Shown: positions 41,270 to 54,791, counted from the first letter of the stretch. The stretch is DNA of 64,000 nucleotides from Octopus sinensis (GCF_006345805.1 NC_043022.1:7998001-8062000); one strand, 5' to 3'. Made by a program: numbers and translations. Notes: a model not told the origin generated them from the letters alone.

Positions 41270-41760
41270 CTTTTCATCATCGCCTCCACCAACACCTTCA
41301 CCATCACCATCAACATCACTGCAGCAACCATCGCCAACACTGCCATCACCTCCAGCATTTCGTCTTCACTGCCACCGTCATCTTCACCACCACCACCCTC
41401 GTCTTCACCATCACTGTCGACACTGCCGCCGTGTCATCATTGCCACCATCATCTTTGTTGTCATTATCACTGACACTGTTGTCACTGCTACCACCATCGT
41501 CACCACTAGAAACACCAATACTATCACCACCATCACCACTACCACCACCACATCTACCGCCACCACAACCACCATCACCACTACCACCACCACATCTGCC
41601 ACCACCACCACCACTACCACCACCACCACCACCACTACCACCACCACTGCTGCCACCACCGCCGGCATCACCACCATCACCACTACCACCACGACATCTA
41701 CCACCACCACCACTACCACCATCACCACCACCACCACCACCACCACTGCTGCTGCTGCTG
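41270..41760. repeat. (ACC)n-rich low-complexity tract with an internal ~45-bp repeat
   Basis: Direct inspection. Confidence 0.85.
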
Positions 41761-42864
41761 CACTTCTCCCGCTGGCTATTGCATATTTCTTCTCCCCCCC
41801 TACTCTCCTCACTGCTTCTCCTGTAATCTCTGTGTCTTTCCCCTCCCTCTTTTGCTTTGACTTCATGTGTGCGGATGCAAACATGCAAACCAAGACAAAC
41901 AGACAAGCAGGCAGGCAAGTAAAAGATGCAGACAGAGAGGGAAGGAAAATATTTGAAACTGTTCCCTTCTGAGGGGCGTGGGTGGGTTGACTGGATGACT
42001 GTCCATGTTTCCCTTTTTTTGTTTTCACTTTAGATTACACACACATACACCAAGAGATTCTCAGAGGTACCTTAATCTGTTAGAAATAGCAACGGAAATT
42101 TAAAAACCTCAACTTGGGTGACATAGCAGTGTCATTAAAAAGTTATACTTTGCAACTAGAGATTTTGGTTCAACTTCCCTGTGCTGCAATTTCAGCCAGT
42201 CTCTTGGTTTATCCAATAACTTCTGACTGGAATTTTGATGCCAAAACATACGTAAAAATCCACCTTTTGCATTAACCATCCATGTTCTCACTATTTGGCT
42301 TTATTTTTCTCATTTTTTTCACAGTTTTTAAAATACATCCAACACATGAACTGAGTCTGAGAGATAGCTTGGAGACATTTGGCGTGTTTTATGAATCTGC
42401 CCATTTAAGGTATTGTAAAAGCATGAAACTATTAGTAACTTTTGTAATTTGTGTATTAAATTCCTATTTATCTCTCACTGGATGAAATACTTTTTTGGTT
42501 GATTCTACCTCTATTGGATCTATAATATATGAATATGTCCCTTTAGCATTCAAACTGGCCATATCCAGTCAAAATAATCTACCTGCTTTATATTCAAATT
42601 GGTCAGGTCCTGCCTCTCACACCTACCCTACAATGTCAGATAAACAATCATATCATTGAAATCTTGAAGTTACAAAATCATGTATAGGGATATGTGTGTG
42701 TGTGTGCGCGTGTGCGTATGTAGTATTAATTAATAGTAGGAGATGGATTTCATATTAGTAGTTACAACTACAGTTGACAACAGGTAGCTTAAACTGTGCC
42801 AGTGCTCTACTCAGCATTTAAACACACTAATCTAATTATATGTATTTGCCTAAATTTTCTATTC

Positions 42865-42908
<44 letters not shown>

Positions 42909-42967
42909 AAATATTATGAAAGGGTTGAAAATGCATTAAATTTTTAAACACATAATTTTTGTTTAGA

Positions 42968-43270
42968 TATAGGTGCAGGAGTAGCCGTGTGGTAAAAACC
43001 ACATGGTTCTGGGTTCAGTCCCACTGCATAATACCTTGGGCAAATGTCATCTAGCCTTGGGCTGACCAAAATTTTGAGTGGATTTGGTAGACTGAAAGAA
43101 GCCCGTTGTATATATATATATATATACATGTGTGTGTGTATTTGTCACCCCACTTCACCACTTGACAACTGGTGTTGGTGTGTTTACATCCCCATAACTT
43201 AGTGGTTCAGCAAAAGGGACTGATAGAATAAGTACCAGGCTTAAAAATAAGTACTGAGATCGATTCCTTC
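42968..43270 (+). mobile_element. SINE family A, with internal deletions
   Basis: ataggtgcaggagtagccgtgtggtaa...gggttcagtcccactgc...ccttgggcaaatgtc. Confidence 0.8.
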
Positions 43271-44065
43271 AACTAAAAATTTGAATGGGATAAATTAACC
43301 CCAAGTGGGGGGTAAAAATGAAATTCTTGTGGGTAATGAGGACTCATTAGACATAAGTAAAATTCTATAAAAATCCTGTTCCTTGTTACAACAGAAAATT
43401 TTCTTCTGGCCTGGTGGGGGCAGTCAAAGGATTTTCCACTCTAATGAACATAAAAACAAAGCAGAGTAATTGATTGGATCCTGAAGACTGTATTAAAATT
43501 GCTCTGGCATCAAAATACCCCAATTTTGATGTAATTGTAACAAAAATGGAATGCCATCATTTCTCCAAAACCTGAAGTGAAAAAATTTCTAGAAAGATCC
43601 TTTTATTTCATAATGAGGATATTAATTTATTTTATTGCATTTGTTTTATACTTTTTATTTTTATAATTGTATTCGTCATATAAATAGATTCAACAAACCT
43701 TTTAAATTCAAAGAACTTAAGATTTTCTTCCTTTCAAATCAAGGGGATAACGTCAGCATAAATATAGTTTGTGGTAATTGGTTAAAAAAGTTTCCCAGCC
43801 CCTGACATAAGGGGCAAATAGTTTTATTCTATGTACTTATGTATATGAAAATGAAAATACAAAAATTTTGTTTTTGCACATCAAATGTTTTCTTGTCATA
43901 TTTTAACTGAAAATGTATTAGTGTATGTATTGACAAGGTAAGGTTGACAAACATAACACAAGTAAAAAGGTGGGAAATAGAAAAAAAGTAGCACATGTTA
44001 TATTGAGGGGTTTCATATGTATATAGCAAACAAAAGAGGTTTTATTGCTGAAGAAAAATCATATA

Positions 44066-45051
44066 CAGGCTTATTCTAAAAGAAAGAGCAGATTTCCAAT
44101 TTATTTTTAAAACAAACGGTAAGAGACACAAACACATTCTACATATTTCTTGATAGGGGAAGGTTTAAAGTTTATAGCTGAACATGATCAATTGAATTGA
44201 GCCTTAAATAAAATAATATTTTAATTTTGGGATCTTTTCGGTTTGAACGGCAGTTTTTTCTAGTGGTGTCATATGAAATTGTCACCCATAATTATGACCC
44301 TAGTATCGATCTATTGCATTTCAATCTATTTTAGGTTTAGGGTTAGGGGTGGGGGAAGGGTATCTTTTTTTCTTCAGAAATGTAAATAAACCCAATCTGT
44401 TTCTTAAACGAGGGACATTTTCATACAGCACAGAATGTTTTCACCTCAATAGACGTCATTGATTGGTTGAAATTGTAGAAATTGAAGAAAAAAACCCAAC
44501 AAATATCTTACAAACCATAGAATTTTCTCAATAAAGCCAAGAGAAAAAGATGTTTTATAACACATTCTACTAGTATACGAAGTTTAAAAGTGTTTAGTTA
44601 CATGGAAATTATTTTTAAAAACTGCCGTTCAAACTGAAAAGATCCTAGTTTTGTTTTAATGTTTCATTTTGTTCATTTTATTTAAAGTTGTATAATTTTC
44701 ATTTGTGTAATCCCTTAGAAAATGGCGACGCCACAAGAAGAGTCTTTTTGTGTGCTTCAGTTTGAGAAATGCAAATCAATTGCGCAAATGCAACGTGAAT
44801 TTCACCACCAATTCAATAAAAATCCCCCTCGTCACAAGCAAATTTATGAACGGCATAAAATTTTTCACAGATAAAGGTTTTTATGTTTTGATGTTTGCCA
44901 AGCAACACATGGTGCTGATGTTGATTGCATATTACCTTAAAATAAACTTTCAACCTTCCCCTGTCAAGAAATATGTAGAATGCATTTGTGTCTCTTACCA
45001 TTTGTTTTAAAAATAAATTTAAAATCTGCCCTTTCTTTTTGAATAACCCTG
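44066..45051 (+). mobile_element. Non-autonomous Tc1/mariner element with ~125-bp TIRs, TA target duplication and a transposase N-terminal remnant
   Basis: ta|caggcttattctaaaagaaag... vs ...ctttctttttgaataaccctg|ta; 44722-44874 encodes MATPQEESFCVLQFEKCKSIAQMQREFHHQFNKNPPRHKQIYERHKIF, resembling DUF4817-type helix-turn-helix transposase N-termini. Confidence 0.8.
44230..44645. mobile_element. MITE nested inside the Tc1/mariner element
   Basis: TIRs ggatcttttcggtttgaacggcagttttt / aaaaactgccgttcaaactgaaaagatcc. Confidence 0.8.
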
Positions 45052-45497
45052 TATAACTAACCAGGATCTGGTTTGTGCTGTCATTCAGCACTTTAGCATT
45101 TAAGGTGATTCTTCCATGAGAGACACACACACACACTGCACACTTTTATGGCTACGTAAGACATTATTTTATTCAGCTTGCCAGCTGATTGCAATACCAA
45201 TGGTTTTTTTAATCACTGTTTTCCTATGTCAGTGATGATGACTTTTGTCTTAGCATGCAGTTGCCAGTGGGCATATGCTATTGACAAATCTCCAAAATGC
45301 TGAAATACACGTCTAGTGTTCTCACCACTGCTGCTTGACATTTTTCATTTGCTAATATTTGTATTATTTAACATAGTACAGCTATGAGAGATTGTGTCTC
45401 CAAACAAATACCACAGTTAATTAGGGCTCTTCAGGATGTACTTTCTTTAATCTTGATACACATATGGATGGATGGATGGATGGATGGATGGATACAT

Positions 45498-45534
<37 letters not shown>

Positions 45535-45879
45535 GTAAGAGGAGAGATATAATATCCAAGCAGATACTGAATTTCTCTATGTAAAATGCCATGGCTGGTT
45601 CCTTCAGACAGTGTGTTTTGTGGTAAATTTCCTTTAACTCCCATCCGATGTTACAGTTTTTTCTGTCTACTTAGAGCATAAAGTACAATATATATTGTAA
45701 TATATATATACACACATACACACGCATGTATATAGTGTGTTTTTGTATGTGCATGTGTGTATGTATGTACATGATCATCTTTCACTGGTGTATATTTGTA
45801 TGATTCCTGCAGACAAAATCCCTAGGTATTTGTTCTGCAACAAGTTACAGATACTCCCTTGTCACTCTTGCCAAGTGAA

Positions 45880-46200
45880 ATTATAGTTGTGGCCAATGCC
45901 AGTGACACATCAGAGGCACATGTGCTGATGACATACATGTAAGAGGCACCTGTGCTGATGACATACATGTAAGAGGCACCTGTGCTGGTGACAAACAAAA
46001 GACATGCATGCTGGTGACATGCGAAAGGTACCCAGTACACTCTGTAAAGTGGTTGGCATTTGGAAGGGCATTCAGCTGTAAAAACCAAACCAGAACAGAC
46101 TGGAGCCTGGTGCATCTCTCCAGCTTAATTTCAATCAAACCATCTAACTCCTGCCAGCATGGAAAATGAATGCTAAATGATGATGATGATGATGATGATG
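45880..46200 (+). mobile_element. SINE family D, degraded
   Basis: ~30-bp internal repeats, ggttggcatttggaagggcattcagctg..., and a (GAT)n tail. Confidence 0.65.
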
Positions 46201-46234
46201 GTTTATGTATGTATACATAATTACACACATCACA

Positions 46235-46610
46235 AACAAGTTTGCTTCCCAGCTACGTGGTTCTAGGTTCAGTCCCACTGCTTGGCACCTTGGGCAAATG
46301 TCTTCTACAATAATCTTGGGCCAACCTAAGTTTTGTTAGTGAATTTTGTAATTGGAAACTGGAAGAAGAAGTCCCTCATATATATGTATATATCTATTTG
46401 TGTGCTTTTGTGTGTGTTTGACATCCGTCACCACTTGACAACTGGTGTTGGTCTGTTTATGTCCCCATTACTTAGTGGTTCGGCCGTCAGAATAAGTACC
46501 AGACTCAAAAAGTAAGTTCTGGGATTGATTTGTTTAACTGAACCCTTCAAGGTGGTGCCCCAGTATGGCCACAGTACAATGACTGAAACAAGGAAAAGAT
46601 AAAAGATAAA
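46235..46610 (+). mobile_element. SINE family A
   Basis: ggttcagtcccactgcttggcaccttgggcaaatgtcttct...ggtggtgccccagtatggccacag...gactgaaacaag. Confidence 0.85.
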
Positions 46611-46640
46611 ATATAGATTATATATATATAAATTAATAGC

Positions 46641-47190
46641 AGAATTGAAGGCAGTTCGACCATGCTGCCTCAGGAAGATTGCATCAATGGAACAGCTGAG
46701 CCACTGGGAAAGACTGAAAGAGCTATGACTCTACTCCTTGAAACAGAGACAGGAGAAGCATGCAGTGATATACATATGGAAGATCTTGGAGGGGTTGGCA
46801 CCAAACTTTGGCACTGAGAGCGATACTAACCCCTGAACTGGATATCATTGCACTGTTATACAGGTCCCAGCTATTCTGTTTAAAGCGAGGACCCTGTAGT
46901 GCAGTTGCTTGGGATTCAAGGACTCACAGCTATTGAATGCCTTGCCAAAACATCCGAGTGACCTTCATGGAGTAGGGGTAGATGTTTTAAAGAAATAACT
47001 TGATTTCCTGATGTCCAAGGTCTCGGACAAACATCTATCACAGCAAAAAACTCAAAAGAGGGCAGCTGTGTCAAACTTCCTCCTTCAAAAGCCATTTGCA
47101 TAAGAACAGTCACTGAAAAAGTGATTACATTGGTGGTGCCCCAGCATGGCCACAGCCTTTGAGCTGAAACATATAAAAGAATAAACAAAT
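46641..47190 (+). mobile_element. 3' end of a CR1/L2-group LINE, decayed
   Basis: Translates as ...LSHWERLKEL*LYSLKQRQEKHAVIYIWKILEGLAPNF...LLNALPKH...VDVLKK*LDFLMSKVSD..., typical of the post-RT C-terminus of CR1-like ORF2; contains stops. Confidence 0.75.
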
Positions 47191-47559
47191 AAAAGAATTA
47201 GAAGAATTAAGAAACGTGAATGTGTGTGTGTGTGTGTGTAGTAGACTACCAAAACAGTCTATGCTATTTATAGCAATAATTTTTATCTATATGGCAACTG
47301 TATGAAAAATTATGTATGTGTTACTATTTCAATGAACAAGAAAGATTTCTTGTAATATATAAAGATACAAGACATAAAATTATCATATCTCTTATCACTG
47401 TATTCTCTATAAACTTAATTCATAAATGTGATTGACCACCGTCCACTCATCTTATGCTGTCTATTTATAGCTTGGTGAATTGTGTCAATAAGTTCATGGA
47501 TTGCCTGCCACTGGACATGAAGTCTTCACCAACTCTTCAGTTGATTGGCTAAGAACTAG

Positions 47560-47960
47560 TCTCTTATCTATCTTTTGCTTGTTTCAGACTGTGACCATGC
47601 TGGGGCATTGTCTTGAAGAATTTTTAATGGAATGAATTGACCCTGGTATTTATTATATTTTTTTTTAAGCTTGGTATTTGTTCTATCAGTCTCTAATGCC
47701 AAACTGCTAAGTTACAGGGATGTAAACACACCAACACCTGTTGTCAAGCAACAGTGAGGGACAAGCACAGACACAAAGACACACACACACACATACAATG
47801 GGCTTCTTTCAGTTTCCATTTACCAAATCTGCTCACAAGGCTTTGGTCAGCCTGATACTAGAGTAGAAGACACTTGCCCAAGGTGCCATACAGTGGGACT
47901 GAACCCAGAACCACATGGTTGGGAAGCAAGCTTCTTACCACACAACCACTCCCATGCCTA
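47560..47960 (-). mobile_element. SINE family A
   Basis: cacttgcccaaggtgccatacagtgggactgaacccagaaccacatggttgg. Confidence 0.85.
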
Positions 47961-48109
47961 TAAGGTTGTGTGAAAATCTTTTTTCTTCTTATTTTACTTT
48001 CATTTTCCTTGAGCCTTAGGACTCATAAGGCCAGGTACCCAGTTTCCATTGCATATAAATGACTGAGATCCCATTTCCCAGAATGAGATGCTGAACTGTT
48101 GTTGGGTTC

Positions 48110-48310
48110 AAAGCCTGCAATTTTGTGGGACAATGGGCTTGTCAGTTACATCAACACCAGTACGTGACTGGTACTTTATTTTAATGACTGCTGGAGACAT
48201 TAAAAGCAAAGATGTTCTTCACAGGATTTGAACTCAGAACATGAAGTATCAGAAGAAAAGCTGCTATGCATTTTCCTCTGACATGCTAATGACTCTGCCA
48301 GCTTGCTGCT
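48110..48310 (-). mobile_element. SINE family B, degraded
   Basis: gactggtactttatttt...gatttgaactcagaac...gactctgccagctt. Confidence 0.65.
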
Positions 48311-48469
48311 TTGAGGAAACATTTGCAGGTAGAGGATTCCAGAGGGATGTTGTTCTGGGAAGTGGAGGGAAAATATAGGGCATAGGAATTAATACAGACT
48401 CTGGGAAGTGGGGGGAAAGAATATGAGAACAATTAAAGAGGGAAAGGATTAGTAGATGACAAGAATTAA

Positions 48470-48785
48470 AAGATGGGCCACAGCAAATATTCTGCTCAAT
48501 ACCACAGATTTGCTTGTCAGTTGTTTGACCGTAACCACTTGAGCATGTCCCTTAGTGGCTGACAATATGTGCATCTCTGGTCATGAGTAGGAATAGTGGG
48601 GAGCATCATAGCCATGTGTTGAGAGGAAGTCTTTCATAGGAATAGTGGGGGAGCATCATAGCCATGTGTTGGGAGGATTTCTTTGGGATTTGAATAATTC
48701 ACCCCTGGAAACATGGGTTTTTCGTTCAACTTCCTTAAACAGCCCTTATTCAGGGACCTTTTGAGCAAGATGGGCTTTTCGACCT
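48470..48785. repeat. Dispersed repeat family C, copy 3, with an internal ~50-bp tandem duplication
   Basis: taggaatagtgggg.agcatcatagccatgtgttg occurs twice (about 48588 and 48637). Confidence 0.8.
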
Positions 48786-48924
48786 GAAGAAAAAAATAAA
48801 AAATAATAGTAAATAAATACATGAATAACTGAAAGTAAATAACTTAATTGAAATAAATCAAAAATAAATAAGGTAAATAAGATATGATAAATGTATATCA
48901 GTAAATGAAAAGAAGAAGGCAATG

Positions 48925-49545
48925 AGATGGCAGAATCGTTGGCACACCAGGCAAAATGTTTATCAGCATTTCGTCCATCTCTATGTTCTGAGTTTCAGTT
49001 CCATCAGGGTCAACTTTGCCTTTTATCCTTCCGGGGTCAATAAAATGAATACCAGTTGAGCATTGGCGTTGATGTAATCGACTTAGCCCTGCTGCTCTCG
49101 AAATTACTGGTCTTGTGCCAAAATTGGTAAAAAGGGGTGAGCTGGCAGAATTGTTAGCATGCCAGGTGAAATGTTTAGCGGTATTTTGCCTGTCTTTACA
49201 TTCTGAGTTCAAATTCTGCTGGGGTCGACTTTGCCTTTCATCCTTTCAGGGTCGATAAATTCAGTACCAGTTGCTCACTGGGGTTGATCTAATCGACTGG
49301 CCCCTTCCCCCAAAATTTCAGGCCTTGTGCCTAGAGCAGAAAAGAAAGCAGGCAGAACTGTTAGCTTGCTGGGCAAAATGCTTAGTGGTATTTCTTTGTC
49401 TTTACGTTCTGAGTTCAAATTCCAGCAGAGTTTAATTTGTCTTTCTTTGTTTTTGCATTGATAAAATAAGTACCAGTTGCATACTAGGGTTGATAAAATC
49501 AACTTGCCACCTCCCCTGAAGTTGCTGGCCTTGTGTCAAAATTTG
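48925..49545 (+). mobile_element. Tandem array of three to four SINE family B units
   Basis: Heads (tggcagaa / aggcagaa) at about 48928, 49143 and 49352, each followed by ttctgagtt..a.ttcc and an agtaccagtt block. Confidence 0.8.
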
Positions 49546-49850
49546 AAATATAAATGAAGGGAAGAGATGACAACATTGGGACTGGCTTAGGATTAACCAT
49601 CTTTGGGAAGCAGGGGTAACTGTAATAGGATTAGTAAGGTTAGAGGATGATACACCTGTAGATCTGTAGACTGGTGGTTGATGACTGTTGGTGAGCATCT
49701 TAATGCCAACCAGTCAAGTTTTGCTGGCTGCGAGAGAGTGAAACAAACCAGTCTTGTTCAAAATTGTTAAATGGCTCTCAGGTTGATGAATGGGAATTTG
49801 TAAAAAAAATAGAAGCTACTTAGAAGAATAAATATATGTAAAACTATTGA

Positions 49851-49943
<93 letters not shown>

Positions 49944-50272
49944 AAGGAAGGAGGGAGTAAAAGAAATTTGGGAATGTGGCATGTGTAAGAAAATATGAAT
50001 TTTTAGAGAGCAAGAAAAATAGAGGGAGGGAGGAATATGAGAGAGAGAGAGAGTAAGAGGTAGGAGGTAGAGGAAGATGAAGTGGAAGAAGAGAAGGAGG
50101 AGGAAGACAAGGGAGAGGAGGAAGAGGAAGAAGGGGAGGAGGAGAAGGAGCAGGCAGTGTATAGAACAAAGACCAGAAAATAAATATTTAGAGCTGCAGG
50201 AGATAAAAAAAAGAAAGTGAGTGGTGGAGAGATGTACAGAAGGAAGCCAGGAGTAAGGGGTGTAAATAAATA

Positions 50273-50304
<32 letters not shown>

Positions 50305-50719
50305 AAAAGAGGCTAGGAGACTAAATATTTAGAGATGAAATAAAAAGACAGAGAGTGGGAGAGAGAAAGAGCAAGAGAGAAGATGATATAGAGAAAACTA
50401 GAGGGAAAGAGAGAGTAGAAGGAGAAGAAATAAAAAGTGAAGGGAAAAGATTGGGAGATGAGAGAAGAGATGATAATAGAAAATAAATAAATGAATAACT
50501 GAAAGTAAATAAATTAATTGAAATAAATCTAAAATAAATAAGATAATAAAATAAGATAAATGTAGATCAGTAAATTTATTGAAATAAATCTTAAATATAC
50601 AAATGGGAAGTTGTTTTTTATTTTTTCAATTTTTGGGATAGAGAAAAGAAAAACAATTGATTTTTTTTTGGATTTTGATGCCCCTCTAAAACTAATTATT
50701 CAAAAACAATGAAGTATGA

Positions 50720-50720
50720 A

Positions 50721-50753
<33 letters not shown>

Positions 50754-50853
50754 ATATGTATATATATATGTATGTATGTATGTATACATGTATATATATA
50801 TATATGTATGTATATATGTATATATATATATGTATGTATGTATGTATACATGT

Positions 50854-50905
<52 letters not shown>

Positions 50906-51138
50906 ATAAGTATATATATATATGTATGTATGTATATAAGTATATATATATATATATGTATGTATATAAGTATATATATATATGTATGTATGTATATAAG
51001 TATATATATATATGTATGTATGTATATAAGTATATATATATATGTATGTTTGTATATATATATGTATATATATATGTATATATGTATGTTTGTATATATA
51101 TATGTATATATATATGTATATATGTATGTATGTATATA

Positions 51139-51170
<32 letters not shown>
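50720..51170. repeat. (TA)n/(TATG)n compound tract with ~28-bp higher-order units
   Basis: tatataagtatatatatatatgtatgtatg repeated at about 50905-51030. Confidence 0.85.
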
Positions 51171-51171
<1 letters not shown>

Positions 51172-51338
51172 TGATAGACAGATATAGTCACGCATATATA
51201 TACACATATATATGCATACATATCTATCTATCTGTTATATATGTATATATATATATTGATAGATAGATAGATATACACACACATAAATACACATATATAT
51301 GCATACATATTTATCTATCTGTTATATATATATATCTG

Positions 51339-51379
<41 letters not shown>

Positions 51380-51914
51380 TTTATGCATACACATGGTTAC
51401 ATATATATAAAAAGATATTTATATCTATCTATCTGCCTATCTCTGTCTATCTATCTATCTATCTATCCACACACACACACACATATAAATACATTCATAT
51501 ATAGACAGATATTGGCGTGTTGAGTGCCATACAAAAAATGTTCTTGTTTTATTAAAATTATTTCCAACTCTAGAGGTTGTATCCTAATTCTCAAATGACA
51601 ATTAAGACCAGCTTCACTTGAGAAGGGGAGATAATCTCAAGATTCAAAAATTGACTTGGCTTTATGAAGGACAAGCTAATTGTCTAGGGATAAGAGGACA
51701 TTTGTGGACTGTGTGTGTATTTGTATATATTGAGGGAAAGAGAAAGAGATTGGGGGGGGGAGAAAGAACAAATAGTGAGGGATTATCAATCCAGGAAAAA
51801 TACTTCAATCCAAGAAAAAAAAATTTCTCTGTTGGCACACTGGGCTAGCAATATTACTCAGATTAATGAAGAACTCCATGTAATCTTTTGGTAGGGGCTC
51901 AAGTCTCTATTATT

Positions 51915-52125
51915 ATTTTCTACTCTAGGCACAAAGCCCAAACTTTTGGGGGAGGTGGCCAGTCGATTAGATCAACCCCAGTATGCAACTGGTACTTAAT
52001 TTATTGACACTAAAAGGATGAAAAGCAAAGACGACCTCGGAGGAATTTGAACTCAGAATGTAAAGTGAAATGAAATACCGCTAAGCATTTTAGCCTGATG
52101 TGCTAACGTTTCTGCGAGCTCACTG
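51915..52125 (-). mobile_element. SINE family B
   Basis: ggcacaaagccc...actggtacttaatttattgac...gaatttgaactcagaatg. Confidence 0.85.
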
Positions 52126-52139
52126 TCTTATGGTTTATT

Positions 52140-52331
52140 ATTATTGAAGCAGTGAAAACATCACAAAAGTACCACAAAATCTATTACTCAGAGTTTCACA
52201 TTCCCCTTCATCAGACCTCAATCTAAACTGTCAGTTGAGGTTGAAATCCTCAATCTAAAATGTCTGACAAACGAGAACATGAAACTCTGAGTAGCAGTTT
52301 TTTGTGGTATTTTTGCGATGTTTTCACAGCT

Positions 52332-52340
<9 letters not shown>
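52140..52340. repeat. Inverted repeat with ~58-bp arms and an ~80-bp spacer, possibly Penelope-derived
   Basis: ttattgaagcagtgaaaacatcacaaaagtaccacaaaatctattactcagagtttca vs tgaaactctgagtagcagttttttgtggtatttttgcgatgttttcacagctttaataa. Confidence 0.75.
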
Positions 52341-52378
<38 letters not shown>

Positions 52379-52394
52379 TTATATATATATATAT

Positions 52395-53250
52395 ACTAGC
52401 TGACGTACCCAGTAATTCTTGGGAAAGTGGGGCTTATCCCTTGGTTCTGTTCTCATAATTGTTTTGCTAATCCAATAACACCAATACAAACTATGTAGCC
52501 CTTAAAACAGTATTTGTGTATTTACAGAGAATACCAAACTGTCTTACACAGGATCTAATTTTTAAGAATTCCCAATAGGTTATGAATACCCAAATTGTGA
52601 AGTCAGTTATGTAATAACATGAAATTAGTAAGAATTCAAACAAAGTAACTCTGAAAATTGCTTTAATGTGTTCCCAGAGTATATAGAATGTAGGAGGAAA
52701 TACTAATAAGGTATATATACTAAAATTGTGAAGCATGTTATGTAATAGCAGGCTAATCAGATATGAGATAATAACAATTCAAAGTAAATAACTCTGAAAA
52801 GGGTTTTTGTGCATTCCCAGAGAATATTACCCTCAGGGGTGCTAGTGTTGGTATATTCGTGAATAAGTCACTAACCAAAATAAGTGGATCTATTTAGAAA
52901 TTACTATTTACTTGTTTAAGGGTTGCACTGGATAAATTGCGAAAATAACTCTAACAAAAATACTAAGAAATAAGCATACTCAATTTGATTTATACTGAAT
53001 AATTTGGCTATATATAAGGATCCCTTCCTGGGGCGAATAGGTTATTTCCCTTGGTTTAAAATATATTAGTTATATATTAGGATCCCTATTATCGATTTTT
53101 TCAACAATCTGAGTATGCCATGATGTTTCCAGACATGAGTTCTACTCACACATCAAGTTTCATCAAAATCAATAAAACGATGTAGGAGGTGTTAGCTAAC
53201 AACACCACAAACACTCCCACAGACAAATTTCCCACATATGTAGTAGATAT
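52395..53250 (+). mobile_element. Possible non-autonomous Helitron/Helentron-like element with degenerate ~150-bp internal repeats
   Basis: Starts tactagctgacgtaccc and ends caagtttcatcaaaatc...cacagacaaattt...gtagtagata; taactct recurs at about 52646, 52790 and 52947. Confidence 0.45.
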
Positions 53251-54249
53251 ACATATATATGTAGGTATGTATAATACAAATATTCGTATCTGTGTTAGGC
53301 ATGTCCACATAGTACCAAGCTAAAAAATGTAAGTACAGGGATCAATTTGTTTGAATAAATACCCTTCAAAGGTGATGCTCCAGTATGGCCACAGTCCAAT
53401 GACAGTAACAAGACAAAAAAATAAAAGATGAAAGATCTCTGTCTGCAATGGTCCCTTCTACCTGTCTGGCCATGTAAACAAGTCTGCCAGTCATCAGTCA
53501 AATCGTCCAACCCATGCTAGCAATGAAAGCGAGGGGTGATTGCCTCCCCTTTACAAATATAAGGACACAGAAAATGTGTCAAAGCCGACAGAAGACGTCG
53601 ATGTTTCCTAGGGCTAAATGGCAGTGGTGTAATTCCCTTACGGGACTGTCACATTGAGTTGGCAGTATACGACCACTATATCGCTCCACCACCGCTCATG
53701 TCTCTCTGAGACATTTAGAGATTCAATATTTCTTATATATATATATATATGATGAGGATGAACTATAAAACTTATCATGGCTTATTATTTTATAATATAT
53801 ACAGCATTATGATACCACATCTCCACAACCGTACTCACCAGTTTTATTAAAGTGGCTGCCACACAATATATTTCTCATAAATATCCAGAAATGCTGCTCT
53901 CTATGGTTGTAGTGGTATTTTTATCTAAAATAGAATAAGCCAAGATTTTAATCAAAATACAAGCATTTCAGGAAAATAAACTAAACTATTATAATGATTA
54001 TGTTTCAACCTTTTATTTATTAATTTTCTTTCTTTTGTTTTTTTATTTCTTGGCTCTATTTAGCTTTGCTCTATCTCTCTCTCTCTCGCTCTCTTTTCTC
54101 TCTCTCTCTTTTTTCTCTCTCTCTCTTTCTTTTTTGTTTGTCTATCTCTATTCTTCTCTCTCTCTGCTTCTCTGTCTGTCTCTCAGTCTATCTATCTATC
54201 TATCTACTCTCTCTCTCTCACTCTGTTTAAATGTGTGTGTGTGTGTATG

Positions 54250-54282
<33 letters not shown>

Positions 54283-54746
54283 GTATATATATATTTATAT
54301 ATATATATATATATAATCTTACTCTTTCATTTCCCTTCTTTAATATTTAATTATTTAATGTTTCTGCAGCTGACTCCTCCTCCTCCTCCTTTTCTTTTCT
54401 CTCTCTCTCTTCTTCCCCTTCTCTCTTTCTCCTCTCTGGCACAATCAGTGCATTGCAGTATTTCTCCCGCCTCATTACATTCTGAGCTCAAATTCTACGA
54501 AGGTTGACTTTGCCATTCATTGTTTCGGCTCGCTAAAAAGACAAGTACCAGTCAAGTACTGTATTAAAGGTAATTGACTTCGCCCCTCCCCTCAAAACTG
54601 CTGGCCTCGTGCCAGAATTAGAAAGCATTATTTAATTTTCTGCATCTGATTACTCCCCCTTTTCTTTTCTCTCTCTCTCTCTCCATTTTTCTCCCTCTCA
54701 TTTCCTAAGAATTTGCTAAATTTCTCTCTAACTTTCCCGTTGCATT

Positions 54747-54791
<45 letters not shown>

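Noticed and set aside
44330-44352. ttaggtttagggttagggg as an interstitial telomere
   Set aside because: Only about two units, and they lie inside a MITE
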